Shown piece after piece: positions 63,230 through 64,000 of a stretch of 64,000 bases of DNA. The DNA lies in assembly GCA_965215185.1 (NCBI GenBank), contig OZ244034.1, positions 960,001 to 1,024,000 on the forward strand. Direction: 5' to 3'. A program made the translations under genes and the position numbers. Source of the DNA: Acidimicrobiia bacterium (GTDB taxonomy: Bacteria; Actinomycetota; Acidimicrobiia; Spongiisociales; ZC4RG35). The number at the start of each line of letters is the position of its first letter. Positions within the stretch are counted from its first letter, which is position 1. The notes beneath the pieces are model-generated. The model saw only the letters and a program-made list of their open reading frames with translations, did not search any database and was not told the origin of the DNA.

Positions 63230-64000
63230 ATGGATGTTGGGTTTCCCGAGCTGTTTCGGGCCGCCATGGAATCGGTGCGGCGTTGTCAGGTTCGAGCGGA
63301 TGAGCGGGTAGTCGTCTACACCGATTCCGAAAAGAATCCGGCTGTGGTGGAGGCATGGTATACGGCCGCCTTGGCCACCGGCGCTGACGTGACCTTGATC
63401 CGGGCCACCGCCCGTTTTCCAGAGACCAATCCACCCGATGTTGCGCTCGATGCCATGAGATCGGCCGATATCGTGTTCGATCTGGCCTCCAACACGTGGC
63501 TTTATGCCCCTGGCCTGCCCCCCATCCTGGAGGCAGGCGCCCGGATCTTGCAAGTCCTGGTACCCGAGCGTTCTATCATCGACCGGCCTCCCACCGACGA
63601 CATCCTGTGGAGGGCCGACATCTCAGAACAGCTGACTGCCGGCGGGCAGGAGATTCACATCACCAGTTCCCTGGGGACCGATCTGCGGGGGAGACGGGGT
63701 GACCGACAATGGCATGCCCAGCGGGGCTACGTGTGGGAGTCAGGCCAGTGGGACAGCTACGGGGTATGCATGATCAACTGCGCCCCCGTCGAGGAGACCG
63801 TAGAAGGAGTGGTCTACTTTAATGGCCCGATGATCCTCTTTCCTCAATACTGTTACACGACCAAAACCCCGATCCGTATCGAGGTGGAAGCGGGACGGAT
63901 CGCCCACATTGACACCGACCATGACGAGGCGCAGGTTTTTGATCGCTGGATCCGTCAATTCGACGATCCCAACCTGTATCTGGTAGCCCATCTCGGCTTT
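63230..64000 (+). CDS. M29 aminopeptidase / NicX-like protein, 3' end beyond window
   Basis: Manual translation: MDVGFPELF..VVVYTD..GTDL..GQWD..P.EETVEG..AHLGF. Confidence 0.7.
   Translation, partial: MDVGFPELFRAAMESVRRCQVRADERVVVYTDSEKNPAVVEAWYTAALATGADVTLIRATARFPETNPPDVALDAMRSADIVFDLASNTWLYAPGLPPILEAGARILQVLVPERSIIDRPPTDDILWRADISEQLTAGGQEIHITSSLGTDLRGRRGDRQWHAQRGYVWESGQWDSYGVCMINCAPVEETVEGVVYFNGPMILFPQYCYTTKTPIRIEVEAGRIAHIDTDHDEAQVFDRWIRQFDDPNLYLVAHLGF

Overview
High-GC, actinobacterial-style DNA; lipoprotein SBPs with TTAAP linkers and SLH motifs suggest Acidimicrobiia, possibly a host-associated MAG (inference). The backbone is four Dpp/Opp-type ABC importer clusters with catabolic enzymes: FAD oxidoreductase, EEP phosphoesterase, SDR, cupin, ADC-family protein, amidohydrolases, two LLM oxidoreductases and a NicX/M29-like protein. 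Between them lies a dense set of mobile-element remains: six P4-type tyrosine integrase genes or fragments, a 3' half tRNA(CAT) att remnant, IS481, IS3 and ISL3 pieces, and several IS110 elements. Main result: four IS110 left ends (here called A, B, C, D) share a bridge-RNA-like scaffold whose variable segments match their own insertion sites and donor ends. All of those sites lie in other mobile elements: an IS110 recombinase gene, the -35 box of IS110 right ends, IS3 orfA and an integrase start. This suggests an RNA-guided IS-on-IS parasitism network and may explain the stacked IS110 end footprints. Second highlight: a signal-peptide/FN3 gene region followed by an SLH-anchored protein with the phospho-His-then-ATP-binding domain order of glucan,water dikinases. 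All alignments were done by eye; no database searches were run.
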